Shown in pieces: positions 27,774 to 38,223 of a DNA stretch of 64,000 nt; the stretch's first letter is position 1; each line of letters begins with the position of its first letter. This DNA is from Candidatus Parcubacteria bacterium (GTDB taxonomy: Bacteria; Patescibacteriota; Minisyncoccia; Phycocordibacterales; CAIZLB01), in assembly GCA_043760135.1 (NCBI GenBank), contig JAYUPL010000007.1, forward strand, positions 64,106 to 128,105, written 5' to 3'. The notes under the pieces were generated by a model. That model searched no databases. It was not told the origin of the DNA and saw only the letters and a list, made by a program, of their open reading frames with translations. The translations under genes were made by a program, and so were the position numbers.

Positions 27774-28678
27774 TGTTGTGTATTAATTATTTCTAAATAG
27801 TTTTGCACCGAAACTTTGTCTGACAAATTTTCTATACAATACTTTCTGGGATTATAAGCTGAGGCGTTATTCAAAATTGAATCCAGTTGTACATCCAAGG
27901 TCTCTGCGGTGAAGAATCTTCCTGAATCATTTGTTTGATATGGCGCCGCGATCTTTTCGTTAGACCATGCGTATGTGTCATATTGCCAGTCCTTATTTTG
28001 CCAAACCAGCGTTGGGATATTGTATGCCCAAGCCTCTTGAAGGGCTAAGCCTTGACTCTCTGTTTTTTGAAGATAAATTAATACAGATGCGGATAATAGC
28101 TTTTGAAGATAATCCTTTCTAGCATATGTACCATAGGTTATTATATCATATTGTATCTTTTTATCATCTAGCTTTTTAAGGACTTTTTGGTATATTTCTT
28201 CAGGGACATTTTTTTTAAATACTAGGACTTTTTCCCGACTTGAAGTTTCTTCAGGAATTTGAACGCCCGCTGGCCATATTTTTATCTTGTCATTCAGGCT
28301 TGGCTCTAGGTTGATAAACCAGTCTTTGGTCCATTTTGATGGGAAGAGAAGAATGTCTATGTTTTTATCCTGGATGAGGTTTTTGTAATCATATGGGGTT
28401 TGAACGGTTGATGGTCCAACTATCAATTTCTTTATTTTTCCTGCAGATTTTTTATGGACCATCTCCTTTAATATTTCTATACCTGAGAGGACATGAATGG
28501 TGTCATATTTTGGCTTAACCGGATTCACTTCAAATTGGATGTTCAATTCACTCAGTCCTCGAACCAAACTATCCAATACGGCATCAGGTCCAGAATATTT
28601 TCCCAGCATTTTTTTGATAGAATATTTCCAGAATTCTTTTTTGAATATGTTATTTGTTCTTGTGTAGATGGATATCAT
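27770..28678 (-). CDS. Putative glycosyltransferase (GT-B-like C-terminal half)
   Basis: ESQGLALQEAWAYNIPTL resembles the GT1/GT4 E-X7-E region. Confidence 0.4.
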   Translation of the reverse strand: MISIYTRTNNIFKKEFWKYSIKKMLGKYSGPDAVLDSLVRGLSELNIQFEVNPVKPKYDTIHVLSGIEILKEMVHKKSAGKIKKLIVGPSTVQTPYDYKNLIQDKNIDILLFPSKWTKDWFINLEPSLNDKIKIWPAGVQIPEETSSREKVLVFKKNVPEEIYQKVLKKLDDKKIQYDIITYGTYARKDYLQKLLSASVLIYLQKTESQGLALQEAWAYNIPTLVWQNKDWQYDTYAWSNEKIAAPYQTNDSGRFFTAETLDVQLDSILNNASAYNPRKYCIENLSDKVSVQNYLEIINTQQ

Positions 28679-28679
28679 A

Positions 28680-29909
28680 TTACTTTACGGATTCATTGAT
28701 TATGTTTTCATACTTATTGATTATATTTTCAATCAAAAATAATTTCTCACCTTTTTCTTTGGCTTTTTGTCCCATTTCTTTTAACTTTCCTGATTTATGA
28801 AATTCTATAAACTCAATCATGTTTTTTGCGTATTGTTCATAATCACCTTTTTCGGAATATCGACTAAATGAGTCATCAAGGTATTCGAGGTGTGCATTCC
28901 AGATATGTGACTTGTGGGTTAGGATTGGATTTCCAACGAGCATTGATTCCGCAATGTTTAAGCCGAATGATTCACCATCTCTTCTGAAATGAGCCAGTAC
29001 ATCGACAGCTTGGTGAAATACCCAGACATCTTCTTCGAGATAGCTTGGTTCAAGCCAATGCACATTTGGTATCTTGCGTTCGATAACTAGCTTTTTGGCT
29101 GCATCAGCAGGGGACATGATGAGATAATGAATATCCGGATTTGTTTTTATGACAATCTCAAAGGCCAATAGTCCAATAGAATCAAAGATGGAGTCATCCG
29201 CTCTGCCGATTCGCCCAAAGACTAAGTCTGTATCTATGATATTAAATCTTTCTCGCAATGCCTGTGCTTTTTCTGGATTTAAGATAGGTCGCTCAGAAGG
29301 AATATATTGAACAGTAAGTCTATCTTCGCTAACTACTCTTTTTGCTAATTTTTTAACTTCTTCTGATATACAGATGTGTTTTACAATATTATCCTGTACT
29401 GTAAATGAACCAAAAATATTTATAAGAATTATTGGAATATTTCTTATATTGATAAGTGGGTAAATTGTTTGTCCGGGAGTTGCGGTTATTATGCAATGTA
29501 TTTTATTATCATTGATAATATTTTCCATCTGTGGATTCATGTCATTGACTATGTATGGCCAGTTTGGTACAACGGAGGCATATGTAAAAGGAATAATCTT
29601 TACATTTGTATGTTGAAGGTAGGCAAGTCGGCTTTTCTCATTTTCCGTTGCATGCATAATAAAAACATTATATTTAGTTGGATCTAGATATTTAGCAATC
29701 ATTTGCAGATTCTTTTCAGTGCCTCCAAAGCTGAGTGCAGTTTTGTGATAGATTAATACATTTGTCTTACTATTTGAACCTTTTTTATTTTGAAATATTC
29801 TATCGTTTTTGTTTGTTTCAGTAAATCTTACATAGAAAAAAGCTGATAATTCAATCGTCTTTATGATTAAATGTCTTACAGGATTTGGTAATATGTAAAA
29901 AAATTTCTT
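28680..29909 (-). CDS. Glycosyltransferase family 4-like
   Basis: GESFGLNIAESMLVGNPIL (EX7E); start set at MKKFFYIL. Confidence 0.55.
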   Translation of the reverse strand, partial: KKFFYILPNPVRHLIIKTIELSAFFYVRFTETNKNDRIFQNKKGSNSKTNVLIYHKTALSFGGTEKNLQMIAKYLDPTKYNVFIMHATENEKSRLAYLQHTNVKIIPFTYASVVPNWPYIVNDMNPQMENIINDNKIHCIITATPGQTIYPLINIRNIPIILINIFGSFTVQDNIVKHICISEEVKKLAKRVVSEDRLTVQYIPSERPILNPEKAQALRERFNIIDTDLVFGRIGRADDSIFDSIGLLAFEIVIKTNPDIHYLIMSPADAAKKLVIERKIPNVHWLEPSYLEEDVWVFHQAVDVLAHFRRDGESFGLNIAESMLVGNPILTHKSHIWNAHLEYLDDSFSRYSEKGDYEQYAKNMIEFIEFHKSGKLKEMGQKAKEKGEKLFLIENIINKYENIINESVK

Positions 29910-29913
29910 CATT

Positions 29914-30774
29914 TTATAAAATAATATTCTTATGGTTATCTTTATGCATAAACAAGAACATCCGTACACCTTTAGCTGGTGGATTATCTAGATCAAATTT
30001 CTTTAAGGTGCCATACTCGAGTATTTGAGTGCTGTATTCCAACGATTCGAGTAGTCTAATTGTTTCAGAAAAATTTTGGTTTTTGTATAGTCCATCACGC
30101 CCATCTTTTGTGTGACAAATTTCAACGAATAGTATTGGTTTATGTGTCTTTATGGAATCTAAGGCTCCTTTTAATACATCAAACTCAAATCCTTCAACGT
30201 CAATTTTAATAAAATTAATATGAGAAATCCCTTTTTCTTTTACAACATCATCCAGTCTTTTGATGGGGATGTTTAACTTATTCTCTGTATTCGTTGTGAA
30301 CTCTTTGATGAGAGTTGTGCCTGAACCAGCTGTATATATATCTATATTTCCGCTAGTTTCGCCTAATGCACATTCATTAATATCGACATTAGACAATCTA
30401 TTTAAATATACACTTTCTTTTATTGAATCGAAGTGAAGACTGATAGGCTCAAAGCTGTATGTTTTTGAATTTGGAAACATATAGGCTGACATTATTCCAT
30501 AATATCCGGTATTGGCACCTATATCTAGTAAGACAAAGTCAGATGAAAGTTGTGTCAGTATTTTTTGAACCAAAATGGTTTCTTCTTGCTCAACTACTCC
30601 GTTTGCTGCGATTCCATAAGCTATGTCGTTGATATCATACAGATTGCCACAATACCAAAAACCATCTTTTGATTTTACTGCGTGCGGATAGCTCAGGTTT
30701 GCTGTTGATATGAGTAGTATTTTTCTTTTTATTAAAATTCCTACAGCATTGATTAGTTTGTGTATTATTTTCAT
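29914..30774 (-). CDS. FkbM-family methyltransferase
   Basis: DIGANTGYY...FEP...IDFIKIDVEGFEFDVLKGA. Confidence 0.8.
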   Translation of the reverse strand: MKIIHKLINAVGILIKRKILLISTANLSYPHAVKSKDGFWYCGNLYDINDIAYGIAANGVVEQEETILVQKILTQLSSDFVLLDIGANTGYYGIMSAYMFPNSKTYSFEPISLHFDSIKESVYLNRLSNVDINECALGETSGNIDIYTAGSGTTLIKEFTTNTENKLNIPIKRLDDVVKEKGISHINFIKIDVEGFEFDVLKGALDSIKTHKPILFVEICHTKDGRDGLYKNQNFSETIRLLESLEYSTQILEYGTLKKFDLDNPPAKGVRMFLFMHKDNHKNIIL

Positions 30775-31512
30775 TTATTTTAATTTATTCTTTACAAATC
30801 TAATCACCCTGTTTGTTTTATTTTTCAAGCCGTCCAGTATCCACAGTGTTTTTTCTTTTGTAGTGGGTGTAAAATAGTTTATTTTTGAACCTGCTTTAAC
30901 TTTTCTACCAAAGACACCACTTTGATAACCTGTATTTTCGAGGCTAAAAAACTCCAATTGCCAGTCAGGTAAATTTTTGGCCCACCAGTTTTTACTTCTG
31001 ATATGCCACATGCTTTGCTGAATGTTTCTATCATATCTTTCGTCAAAAAAGAGTGCTGATCCTTCAGGTAGGATATTTACCTCCTTTAAAAAATCCTTTA
31101 CATAAAAATCCTTGATGTGTGACAAAACAGTTGAGGTAGTAATGAAAGCTGGTTCGTTGAGTTTTAACATTTTCATTCCATCAACCATATCCATGTTTAC
31201 AAACTCAAGATTTGAGAAATTTCCCCGTTCGGTGATAATTTGCTTATTTATTTCGATTATTTCTTTCACAGGCTCTATTCCAATAACTCTTTTAAATAGG
31301 GGTGATGTCTTGTGCATGAGCCATGCAGAACCGCACCCGATGTCTACGTGCGTGTGAATATTATTGAGCATACTTATTGCTTTTTCAAAGCCTAGTTTTT
31401 CGAACATCTTACCATCTTCCTGCTTTTTTAAAATATTTTGCACGTATTCGGGCGTATGTAGTTTCAAATAGTCTTGTTCATGTTCTTTAAAGCTTTGCAA
31501 ATCTTTCTTCAT
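30775..31512 (-). CDS. Class I SAM-dependent methyltransferase
   Basis: Motif I VDIGCGSAWL. Confidence 0.65.
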   Translation of the reverse strand: MKKDLQSFKEHEQDYLKLHTPEYVQNILKKQEDGKMFEKLGFEKAISMLNNIHTHVDIGCGSAWLMHKTSPLFKRVIGIEPVKEIIEINKQIITERGNFSNLEFVNMDMVDGMKMLKLNEPAFITTSTVLSHIKDFYVKDFLKEVNILPEGSALFFDERYDRNIQQSMWHIRSKNWWAKNLPDWQLEFFSLENTGYQSGVFGRKVKAGSKINYFTPTTKEKTLWILDGLKNKTNRVIRFVKNKLK

Positions 31513-31516
31513 GTTT

Positions 31517-32422
31517 TTATTTTATTTTTTTTATTTGGTTTTTAATGGTGTTTAATGTTACAAGCCATTTCGGAAATTTTTTTGGCTCAGGCTTTCTTCC
31601 TGTTTCTTGTATGAATAATTCCTCAAGTTCTGATAAATGCCATATGTCTAAGGGTTCAAAGTAGAGTGCTCCATGTTCCTTAAGTTTTGATACTATCTCA
31701 TCTCTTTGCCAGATATTATCTTGTTGTATTAACGGCATTGTTTTCGGCTGTTTCTCAGAATTGTTTATCTCCCTACAAGTAAATTCCTTTGTGTGTCCGT
31801 ACATGTTGTTGATTCGCTTGGCTGATTTTTCTTTTTTTAAAAATTCAGAGATCATGTACCATACTTGCTTATACTGACAGCGTTTTTGGTCAATAAATTG
31901 ATAATGGAATATGAGATTATTACCTTCAATCCTTTTTGCCTCGATTCCAGTTGTTGGTACTCTTGGTATGCCAATGAACCCTGGTGCAAATACTGAAACT
32001 CCGTCATCGCAAAATGCAAAAGTTTTGAAAATCTGCGGTTTCTTAAATGTAGTTTTTGAACAGAGATTAAGCCATTCAAGTTCTAGTGATTGTCCAGGCT
32101 TTAAGGACTGCAGAATTTCTCTTGCGTTTTTTTGAAATTCTTCTGAGCAGGCCTCATCCGCATCAAGTGCTATGATGTGAGTGGCACCTTGCTCTCGTGC
32201 AGCCTGCAATAGTCGGGTACGAATCTCGTATTCTTTCCACCCTACGTTTGTAGAAGTTTCAAAGGGAATAATTGTACAATTATATTTTTTTAAAATTTCT
32301 AAAGTAGAGTCGGTTGAGTTGTCGTCAATAGTGATAATGCTATCAGCAAATGATAGGGATGTGAGACAATGTTCTAAACACCACTCTTCATTTTTAACAG
32401 GTAATAGTGCAATAATTTTCAT
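31517..32422 (-). CDS. Glycosyltransferase family 2
   Basis: IIALLPVKNEE...IITIDDNSTDST; DxD ALDADE. Confidence 0.7.
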   Translation of the reverse strand: MKIIALLPVKNEEWCLEHCLTSLSFADSIITIDDNSTDSTLEILKKYNCTIIPFETSTNVGWKEYEIRTRLLQAAREQGATHIIALDADEACSEEFQKNAREILQSLKPGQSLELEWLNLCSKTTFKKPQIFKTFAFCDDGVSVFAPGFIGIPRVPTTGIEAKRIEGNNLIFHYQFIDQKRCQYKQVWYMISEFLKKEKSAKRINNMYGHTKEFTCREINNSEKQPKTMPLIQQDNIWQRDEIVSKLKEHGALYFEPLDIWHLSELEELFIQETGRKPEPKKFPKWLVTLNTIKNQIKKIK

Positions 32423-33352
32423 TTATTTAATAAGTAATTTTTTAATATATGTTTTAAGTACATATATTAATTTATTATATCCAGTTGTTGATTTGAGTAA
32501 GGTTTTAAAGATACTTTTGTGTATTTCGTTTTCAGTGTTTTGAATAATAAGTACATAGTTGGGTACGAATTTTTTAACAGGGAAGGATTCATTAAAGAAA
32601 GTTATGTATGGGATCGAATATTCTACAGTTCGTGGCAAGAAGGTTAGGTCTATTTTATCAAAAATTCCGTACCGCAACTCGATAACTGTTCGTTCTGCAG
32701 GTTGCTTTGAGTTTGGTCTCGTACTGGCTCCTTTGCCTTCGTTTAAGTAATATCCTAAAAGTTCTTTGGCAATTGCTACTTTTCCGTTATATGCCAGTCT
32801 GATAGAGAGGTCAAAATCTGCTCCTGATTTTAATTGTTCATCAAAGTATCCAGCTTTTTCACATAGACTTTTCTTAAACATAAGAAAAGGACCAAAGACC
32901 ATTGATCTCTTGTATTCCTCCGGGTCAATATTTCCATGTTTAACAACTGAACCTTCAGTGGCTCCAAATTTTCTTACAATAGTGTAATCGCCAATAGCAA
33001 TATCAGCATCATTTCCGATAATCGCATTTACTTGGGATTCGATTGAGTTAGGTGTTCGTAAATCATCAACATTCCAGATAGTAACCAGCTCTCCTGAAGC
33101 CTCTTTGATACATCTATTCATCGATGTTCCAATAGGATCAACTTTTTCAATAATAATGTGTTTTATTTTATTTGGGTATTTTGCATCAAATTCTTTCACC
33201 CAGTTTATCTCTTCCTGATCAGGCTCATTATGGTCAAGAACCACTTCTAAATTATCAAAATACGTTTGCTGAGGTAACTCATCAAGGAATTTTTTTAAAT
33301 ATGGCTTCATTCTGAAGCATGGAGTGATGGTGCTGACTTTTAGTTTTGACAT
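32423..33352 (-). CDS. Glycosyltransferase family 2
   Basis: VSTITPCFRMKPYLKKFLDEL.QQTY..LEVVLDHNEPD; NVDD. Confidence 0.65.
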   Translation of the reverse strand: MSKLKVSTITPCFRMKPYLKKFLDELPQQTYFDNLEVVLDHNEPDQEEINWVKEFDAKYPNKIKHIIIEKVDPIGTSMNRCIKEASGELVTIWNVDDLRTPNSIESQVNAIIGNDADIAIGDYTIVRKFGATEGSVVKHGNIDPEEYKRSMVFGPFLMFKKSLCEKAGYFDEQLKSGADFDLSIRLAYNGKVAIAKELLGYYLNEGKGASTRPNSKQPAERTVIELRYGIFDKIDLTFLPRTVEYSIPYITFFNESFPVKKFVPNYVLIIQNTENEIHKSIFKTLLKSTTGYNKLIYVLKTYIKKLLIK

Positions 33353-33360
33353 TATAGGTA

Positions 33361-34161
33361 TTATAGATTTTTATGTTTTTTCATATCTTCTACCATTTTT
33401 GCAAGGCCTTTTTGTAAATCTACTCTCGGAGACCATCCTGGAATCTTTCCTTTGATAGGTGTGTCAGGGGTTGATCCCAGTTTTTCACCTGGAATAACTT
33501 TTGCGCCGGTGAGTTCTGCAATGATATTGGCCAAATCTATTACCCTAACCCACTCAAAACTGGTAACATCGTGAATTCCTTTAAGGTTATCTTCCATGGC
33601 TTTGTACCAAGCTTCGGTTACGTCATCAATATGTATAAAATGTCTTTTTTCCTCGCCAGAAGTCAACATACGGATCTCCCCGGTAGTCAGAGCTTGTGAT
33701 ACAAAGTCGGAAACAACGTGACTTCTGATTGATTCTTCTTCGATTGGACCATATACGTTCCACTGTCTAATAAATACACCTCCTAAAAGGCGTGTCCACA
33801 CCTCTCCAAGTCTTTTTGTAACACCATATACGGTGTCATATTCTTCGGCAAGTTGAGATGAAATAAAGAGAAATGGTTTCTTGCTTTTTTCCAATTGCCC
33901 CATTACGTTGTGTAATAGCTTTAAGTTTCCGCTTAGTTGACCCAATTGCAGGTCTTGGTGATATAAAAACTTGGCACCACCAACGTCCCAGGCCAAGAAA
34001 TAAACTCTATCTATTTCGTCAAAATTTATTTGTGCAATTCGAGCATCTTCGTGCTCACCGTTTTTTATATCAAATACAACAACTTCCTCACCTTTAGATT
34101 TTAAGAAGTGTACAAAAGGTTTTCCTATAAAGCCTTCTCCTCCAATTACTAGATTTCTCAT
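33361..34161 (-). CDS. NAD-dependent epimerase/dehydratase (SDR)
   Basis: GGEGFIG Rossmann motif; YGVTK catalytic YxxxK. Confidence 0.85.
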   Translation of the reverse strand: MRNLVIGGEGFIGKPFVHFLKSKGEEVVVFDIKNGEHEDARIAQINFDEIDRVYFLAWDVGGAKFLYHQDLQLGQLSGNLKLLHNVMGQLEKSKKPFLFISSQLAEEYDTVYGVTKRLGEVWTRLLGGVFIRQWNVYGPIEEESIRSHVVSDFVSQALTTGEIRMLTSGEEKRHFIHIDDVTEAWYKAMEDNLKGIHDVTSFEWVRVIDLANIIAELTGAKVIPGEKLGSTPDTPIKGKIPGWSPRVDLQKGLAKMVEDMKKHKNL

Positions 34162-34258
34162 GATATAGATATATAATTTTAGTTAGTTAATTTGATAAAT
34201 TTTACCACACTATTTGGTTTTAAGAAAATTGTTTAATTATGCGTTTTATTGGATATTA

Positions 34259-35554
34259 TTATGACCGAATCATTGCTATGATCCTGTTTCGAGGTACTTT
34301 AAACAGCATTACACTCAATGGTCCAAGAGTGTAAGAGGTGAGGGTGGCGAATGCTGAGCCGTTTATTCCATATTCAGGTATGAGTAGGATGTTTAATACA
34401 ACATTCAACACCATCCCAATTATTGACATATATAGAATAATAGAAGAAAGCTTTTCTGCTACTAAATACTGCATAATAACCATTCCAAGACTTATACCTA
34501 CTCCTGACCATATATAGAGTTGTAATACTTGGTATCCCGCAATAAAATTTACACCGAAGACTAAGTGTAAAATTGGTTTGGCATAAATACTTCCAATTAT
34601 TGCAATAATCGAAGAAGTTAGAATTAAAAAACCTGTTAATTTTAAAACTCTTTTTGTATAGATATATGTGTCAGTCATTTGAGCATTCAATATAGAAGGA
34701 AATAAAGTTGATACAATAATTGCCGGTATAAAATACCAAGCTTCAGATAACGTAACTGCTGCACTATATAAGCCAACAGCCTCGGCATTTATGTAGTTTT
34801 TGAGTAAAACTTGATCAACTCTGGAGTATATGAGGATAAAAATACTTGAAAACATAAGTGGTAACGATGCTTTTATTATTTCCTTGGCGATGGATAGTTT
34901 AAAATTCCATTTTTTTAATTTTCCATAAAATTTAGAATAATATATCAGAAAAAAAGTTCCATATAATAGTGGTTCTATTATTAAAACAAAGCCTAAAAAT
35001 AGGACCCCTTTATTCATGAACACGATGCTAAGTTTTAATAATGCTAAAATTATGCTCACTGATATTGTTATAAGTGAAAGTTTTTTGTTTTCAAGTCGTG
35101 CCTGAAAGGTATAAGTGATAACACTGAAAGCTTGAAAAATATATGAAATTGAGATAATGAATATTAATTTTCCTTCTAAGGGGTTTGTGGTAAAAAATAA
35201 TGAAACTAAAAAAGTTGTAACCAAAGCTAAAAAACCACCACTCATTTTCAATATAAAAGAAGTTCCAAGAATATCAGCCTCTTTCTCTGGATTCTTAATG
35301 ATCTCTCTGTATAAGATTTGGTCTATACCCAAAGTTGCAATAAAAGAAAATAATCCGACAAAGCTAATTGCATAGCTCAGCGTTCCGTATTTTTCAGGTC
35401 CTAGGTATCGGGCGACTATGGCTATTACAAAAAAGGATATACCCAAGCTTATTACTCGAGAAAAGAAAAGCCATCCAATGTTTTGGAAATACTTCTGGAA
35501 GCCTGCATGCTCCCATTTTTCTGTGAGGTATTTTTTTAAATCAACTATTTTCAT
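34259..35554 (-). CDS. Wzx-type oligosaccharide flippase (MOP superfamily polysaccharide biosynthesis protein)
   Basis: About 12-14 TM helices; typical Wzx/PST organisation; start set at MKIVDLKK. Confidence 0.8.
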   Translation of the reverse strand: MKIVDLKKYLTEKWEHAGFQKYFQNIGWLFFSRVISLGISFFVIAIVARYLGPEKYGTLSYAISFVGLFSFIATLGIDQILYREIIKNPEKEADILGTSFILKMSGGFLALVTTFLVSLFFTTNPLEGKLIFIISISYIFQAFSVITYTFQARLENKKLSLITISVSIILALLKLSIVFMNKGVLFLGFVLIIEPLLYGTFFLIYYSKFYGKLKKWNFKLSIAKEIIKASLPLMFSSIFILIYSRVDQVLLKNYINAEAVGLYSAAVTLSEAWYFIPAIIVSTLFPSILNAQMTDTYIYTKRVLKLTGFLILTSSIIAIIGSIYAKPILHLVFGVNFIAGYQVLQLYIWSGVGISLGMVIMQYLVAEKLSSIILYMSIIGMVLNVVLNILLIPEYGINGSAFATLTSYTLGPLSVMLFKVPRNRIIAMIRS

Positions 35555-35590
35555 ATAACTTTCTTTAAAATACATGTTATAATACTCCGC

Positions 35591-37744
35591 ATGAATACAC
35601 AAATACAAGACATTAAAAAAGCTCTAAGATTCATTACTATTATATTGATCGGAGCGACATTATTAACCCCTTTTATCTTCTCCGGCGAATTATTCTTTCC
35701 ATATATCACGAGCAAAGCATTTTTTATGAGATTGATGATCGTATTGTCTACAGTATCTTATATAGGTTTGGCATTAATTGATAAAAATTCACGTCCTAAA
35801 AAATCAGCCATGCTCTATGCAATGGGTGCTTTTATGGTCGTACTTCTGTTGGCAACATTAAATAGTGTGAATCCTACACGAAGTCTCTGGTCAAATTTTG
35901 AAAGAATGGAAGGTTTGGTAACTATGTTATATATGGCTGCATTATTTGTTATGTCTGCCTCAACACTCAGAAAGAAAGAGTGGACGCATATGATGCATTT
36001 TTCTCTCCTGATATCCGTTGTTACAGGTTTGCATGCGTTGGGTGATGCGAGTCCTCGTATATCTGGTCACCTCGGTAACTCTTCGTATCTTGGGGTGTAT
36101 GCTTTAATGCATGTATTTTTTGGCCTATTGGGTGCCGCGATGGTATTTAGAGGTAATAGAGAAAGGGAATTATTAGAATCAGGCGAACATAAGGCTGCCC
36201 ATAGATTAACAACAAATAATTACATGTCTATCGCACTATATATAGCGTTAGCTGTATTTAACCTATTTATCTTATTTAAAACAGGAACAAGAGGAGCTTT
36301 TGTTGGACTGGTTGTTGGTTTGATATTGTCGTCTATCTATTTGGTCTGGAAAGAGAAGAATAAGATCATCCGCTTCGGGGCTATGGGTTTTTTGATTGCT
36401 GTTGTGATGTCTGTTTCTTTTTTAGGTATTTTTAAGCATTCATCTTTCGTTGAGAATAATGTCTTGCTGTCTCGTTTTGCAGCTTTGGTTACAACAGACT
36501 ATAAAGCAGTATTGAACAACCAAGGTGAAAGTCGTACAATGATCTGGAAAATGGCATTTGAAGGGGTGAAAGAAAGACCTCTACTTGGTTGGGGGCAAGA
36601 TAATTTTGGGTATGTGTTTGCAAAATACTATAACCCTCACATGTATGCACAAGAGCAGTGGTTTGATAGATCTCACAATGTGTTTATGGATTGGTTGATT
36701 GCTGCGGGTATATTAGGTCTCGCAGGATACTTGTCTCTGTTTGTTATCGCACTGTATTTTATATTTTCTAAAAAATCTAAATTTACCATTATTGAAAAAT
36801 CAATATGGCTTGGATTGCTAGCATCATATTTTATACATAATATATTCGTATTTGATAACCTTTCAAGTTATGTACTATTCTTCCTGATATTGGGTTATAT
36901 AAATGATAGGTATACACACGATAGGAATGAAAAGGTAGATAGATCTTTATCTGAAAATGAAATGAATAAAATTATTCTTATAAGTATAATTTCACTTGGA
37001 GCGTTGTCTTATATTTCTTATCACACAATCTTAAGACCATATTCTCAAAATATTGCCTTGATAGAAGTTCTGAGAAATACACAAACTGTGGGAGTTTCTA
37101 AAACTATTGATAAAGATTTTGAAAATGTTTTACAAAAAGGTCCGACTGGAAAGTTTGAAATATTTGAACAAATATCAACTGCATTCCCAAAGATTGCAAA
37201 TGAACCTACACTATCTACTACAACGAAACAAAATCTATTTAATGTGTATAGAAAAATTGTTGCTGAATATGATAAAGAAATAAGTAATGATGCTCGATAT
37301 AATTATTTTGTATCTAATACATATAAAACTATCGGTATGAACGATCAAGCGTTGGTGTATATAAATAAGGCATATGATTTATCACCAACAAAGCAAACCT
37401 TCGCATACAGTAAAGCTATTTTATTGATAGATACAGGTGATATAAATGGTGCCATAGCGTTGCTAAAAAAAGCATATGAAGATGCACCAGAGAATATTAC
37501 TGCTTACGGATATTATGTTGGGACACTTTCTGAATTGGCGAAGAAGAATAATTATGCTTCAGCCGACATGGATAAGATCGCACAAGTATTAGCTGAAGGG
37601 TATACTAAAAATGGTTATGACTTAATTATTAAAAAAGAATTCTGGGATTTATTTACAAATCAAAAAGTAAAAACTGTGTTAGTAAATAAAATTTCCGAGT
37701 TAGTACCAGAATTAAAGTTAGGAATTATGAACGCATCGAGATAA
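35591..37744 (+). CDS. O-antigen ligase/polymerase (Wzy_C) family membrane protein fused to a C-terminal TPR-like domain
   Basis: Multi-TM N-terminal half with RSHNVFMDWLIAAGILG (Wzy_C-like); C-terminal about 250 aa soluble repeat region. Confidence 0.7.
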   Translation: MNTQIQDIKKALRFITIILIGATLLTPFIFSGELFFPYITSKAFFMRLMIVLSTVSYIGLALIDKNSRPKKSAMLYAMGAFMVVLLLATLNSVNPTRSLWSNFERMEGLVTMLYMAALFVMSASTLRKKEWTHMMHFSLLISVVTGLHALGDASPRISGHLGNSSYLGVYALMHVFFGLLGAAMVFRGNRERELLESGEHKAAHRLTTNNYMSIALYIALAVFNLFILFKTGTRGAFVGLVVGLILSSIYLVWKEKNKIIRFGAMGFLIAVVMSVSFLGIFKHSSFVENNVLLSRFAALVTTDYKAVLNNQGESRTMIWKMAFEGVKERPLLGWGQDNFGYVFAKYYNPHMYAQEQWFDRSHNVFMDWLIAAGILGLAGYLSLFVIALYFIFSKKSKFTIIEKSIWLGLLASYFIHNIFVFDNLSSYVLFFLILGYINDRYTHDRNEKVDRSLSENEMNKIILISIISLGALSYISYHTILRPYSQNIALIEVLRNTQTVGVSKTIDKDFENVLQKGPTGKFEIFEQISTAFPKIANEPTLSTTTKQNLFNVYRKIVAEYDKEISNDARYNYFVSNTYKTIGMNDQALVYINKAYDLSPTKQTFAYSKAILLIDTGDINGAIALLKKAYEDAPENITAYGYYVGTLSELAKKNNYASADMDKIAQVLAEGYTKNGYDLIIKKEFWDLFTNQKVKTVLVNKISELVPELKLGIMNASR

Positions 37745-37756
37745 AAACCTTTGATA

Positions 37757-37792
37757 AAAAAATCCCATTCAAGGAAAGAATGGGATTTTTTC
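37757..37792 (+). terminator. Rho-independent terminator (ATCCCATTC-aaggaaa-GAATGGGAT followed by TTTTTTC)
   Basis: Hairpin plus T-run after the ligase-like gene. Confidence 0.65.
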
Positions 37793-37952
37793 TATCTCAG
37801 GTTTAGAAGAGGTAATCATACAGATAAAGGTTCTTTTCAAACTTTGAAATACAAATTTTAATTTTTTTAAAAATATTTTCACAAAGAAAAAAATAAAAAT
37901 AAAAAAAATATTTAAAAAATAATTATCCACAAAATATTTTCATAAAAAATGT

Positions 37953-37982
37953 TTGCATTGTAAAAAATAATTAGTGTATAAT
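37953..37982 (+). promoter_or_regulatory. Sigma-70-like promoter TTGCAT-18 nt-TATAAT in an AT-rich tract
   Basis: Near-consensus hexamers about 85 nt upstream of the small KA-rich ORF. Confidence 0.45.
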
Positions 37983-38069
37983 AAAGACACGTGAGAAGAA
38001 AATGTTTGTCGAACATAAAGCTTCACACGCGATAATCATTTCTAAATAATTTTTAAATAAAATAAATAT

Positions 38070-38204
38070 ATGGCAGTAAAAAAAGCAGCAAAAAAAGTTG
38101 TAAAAAAAGCAGTTAAAAAAGCAGCTCCTAAAAAAGTTGTAAAAAAAGCAGCTCCTAAAAAAGCAGTTAAAAAAACTGTAAAAAAAACAGCAAAAAAAAG
38201 ATAG
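38070..38204 (+). CDS. Small (44 aa) Lys/Ala-rich histone H1/Hc1-like basic protein; not in the ORF track
   Basis: MAVKKAAKKVVKKAVKKAAPKKVVKKAAPKKAVKKTVKKTAKKR; promoter upstream, strong terminator downstream. Confidence 0.5.
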   Translation: MAVKKAAKKVVKKAVKKAAPKKVVKKAAPKKAVKKTVKKTAKKR

Positions 38205-38223
38205 TTCACTCTATCCCACAAAC

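Noticed and set aside
38070-38204. Repetitive AAAAAAGCAGC(T/A) units, considered as a possible CRISPR/tandem-repeat array
   Set aside because: The repeats are in frame, encode KKAA(P)KK and lack spacers. The segment reads as a coding KA-rich basic protein with promoter and terminator.
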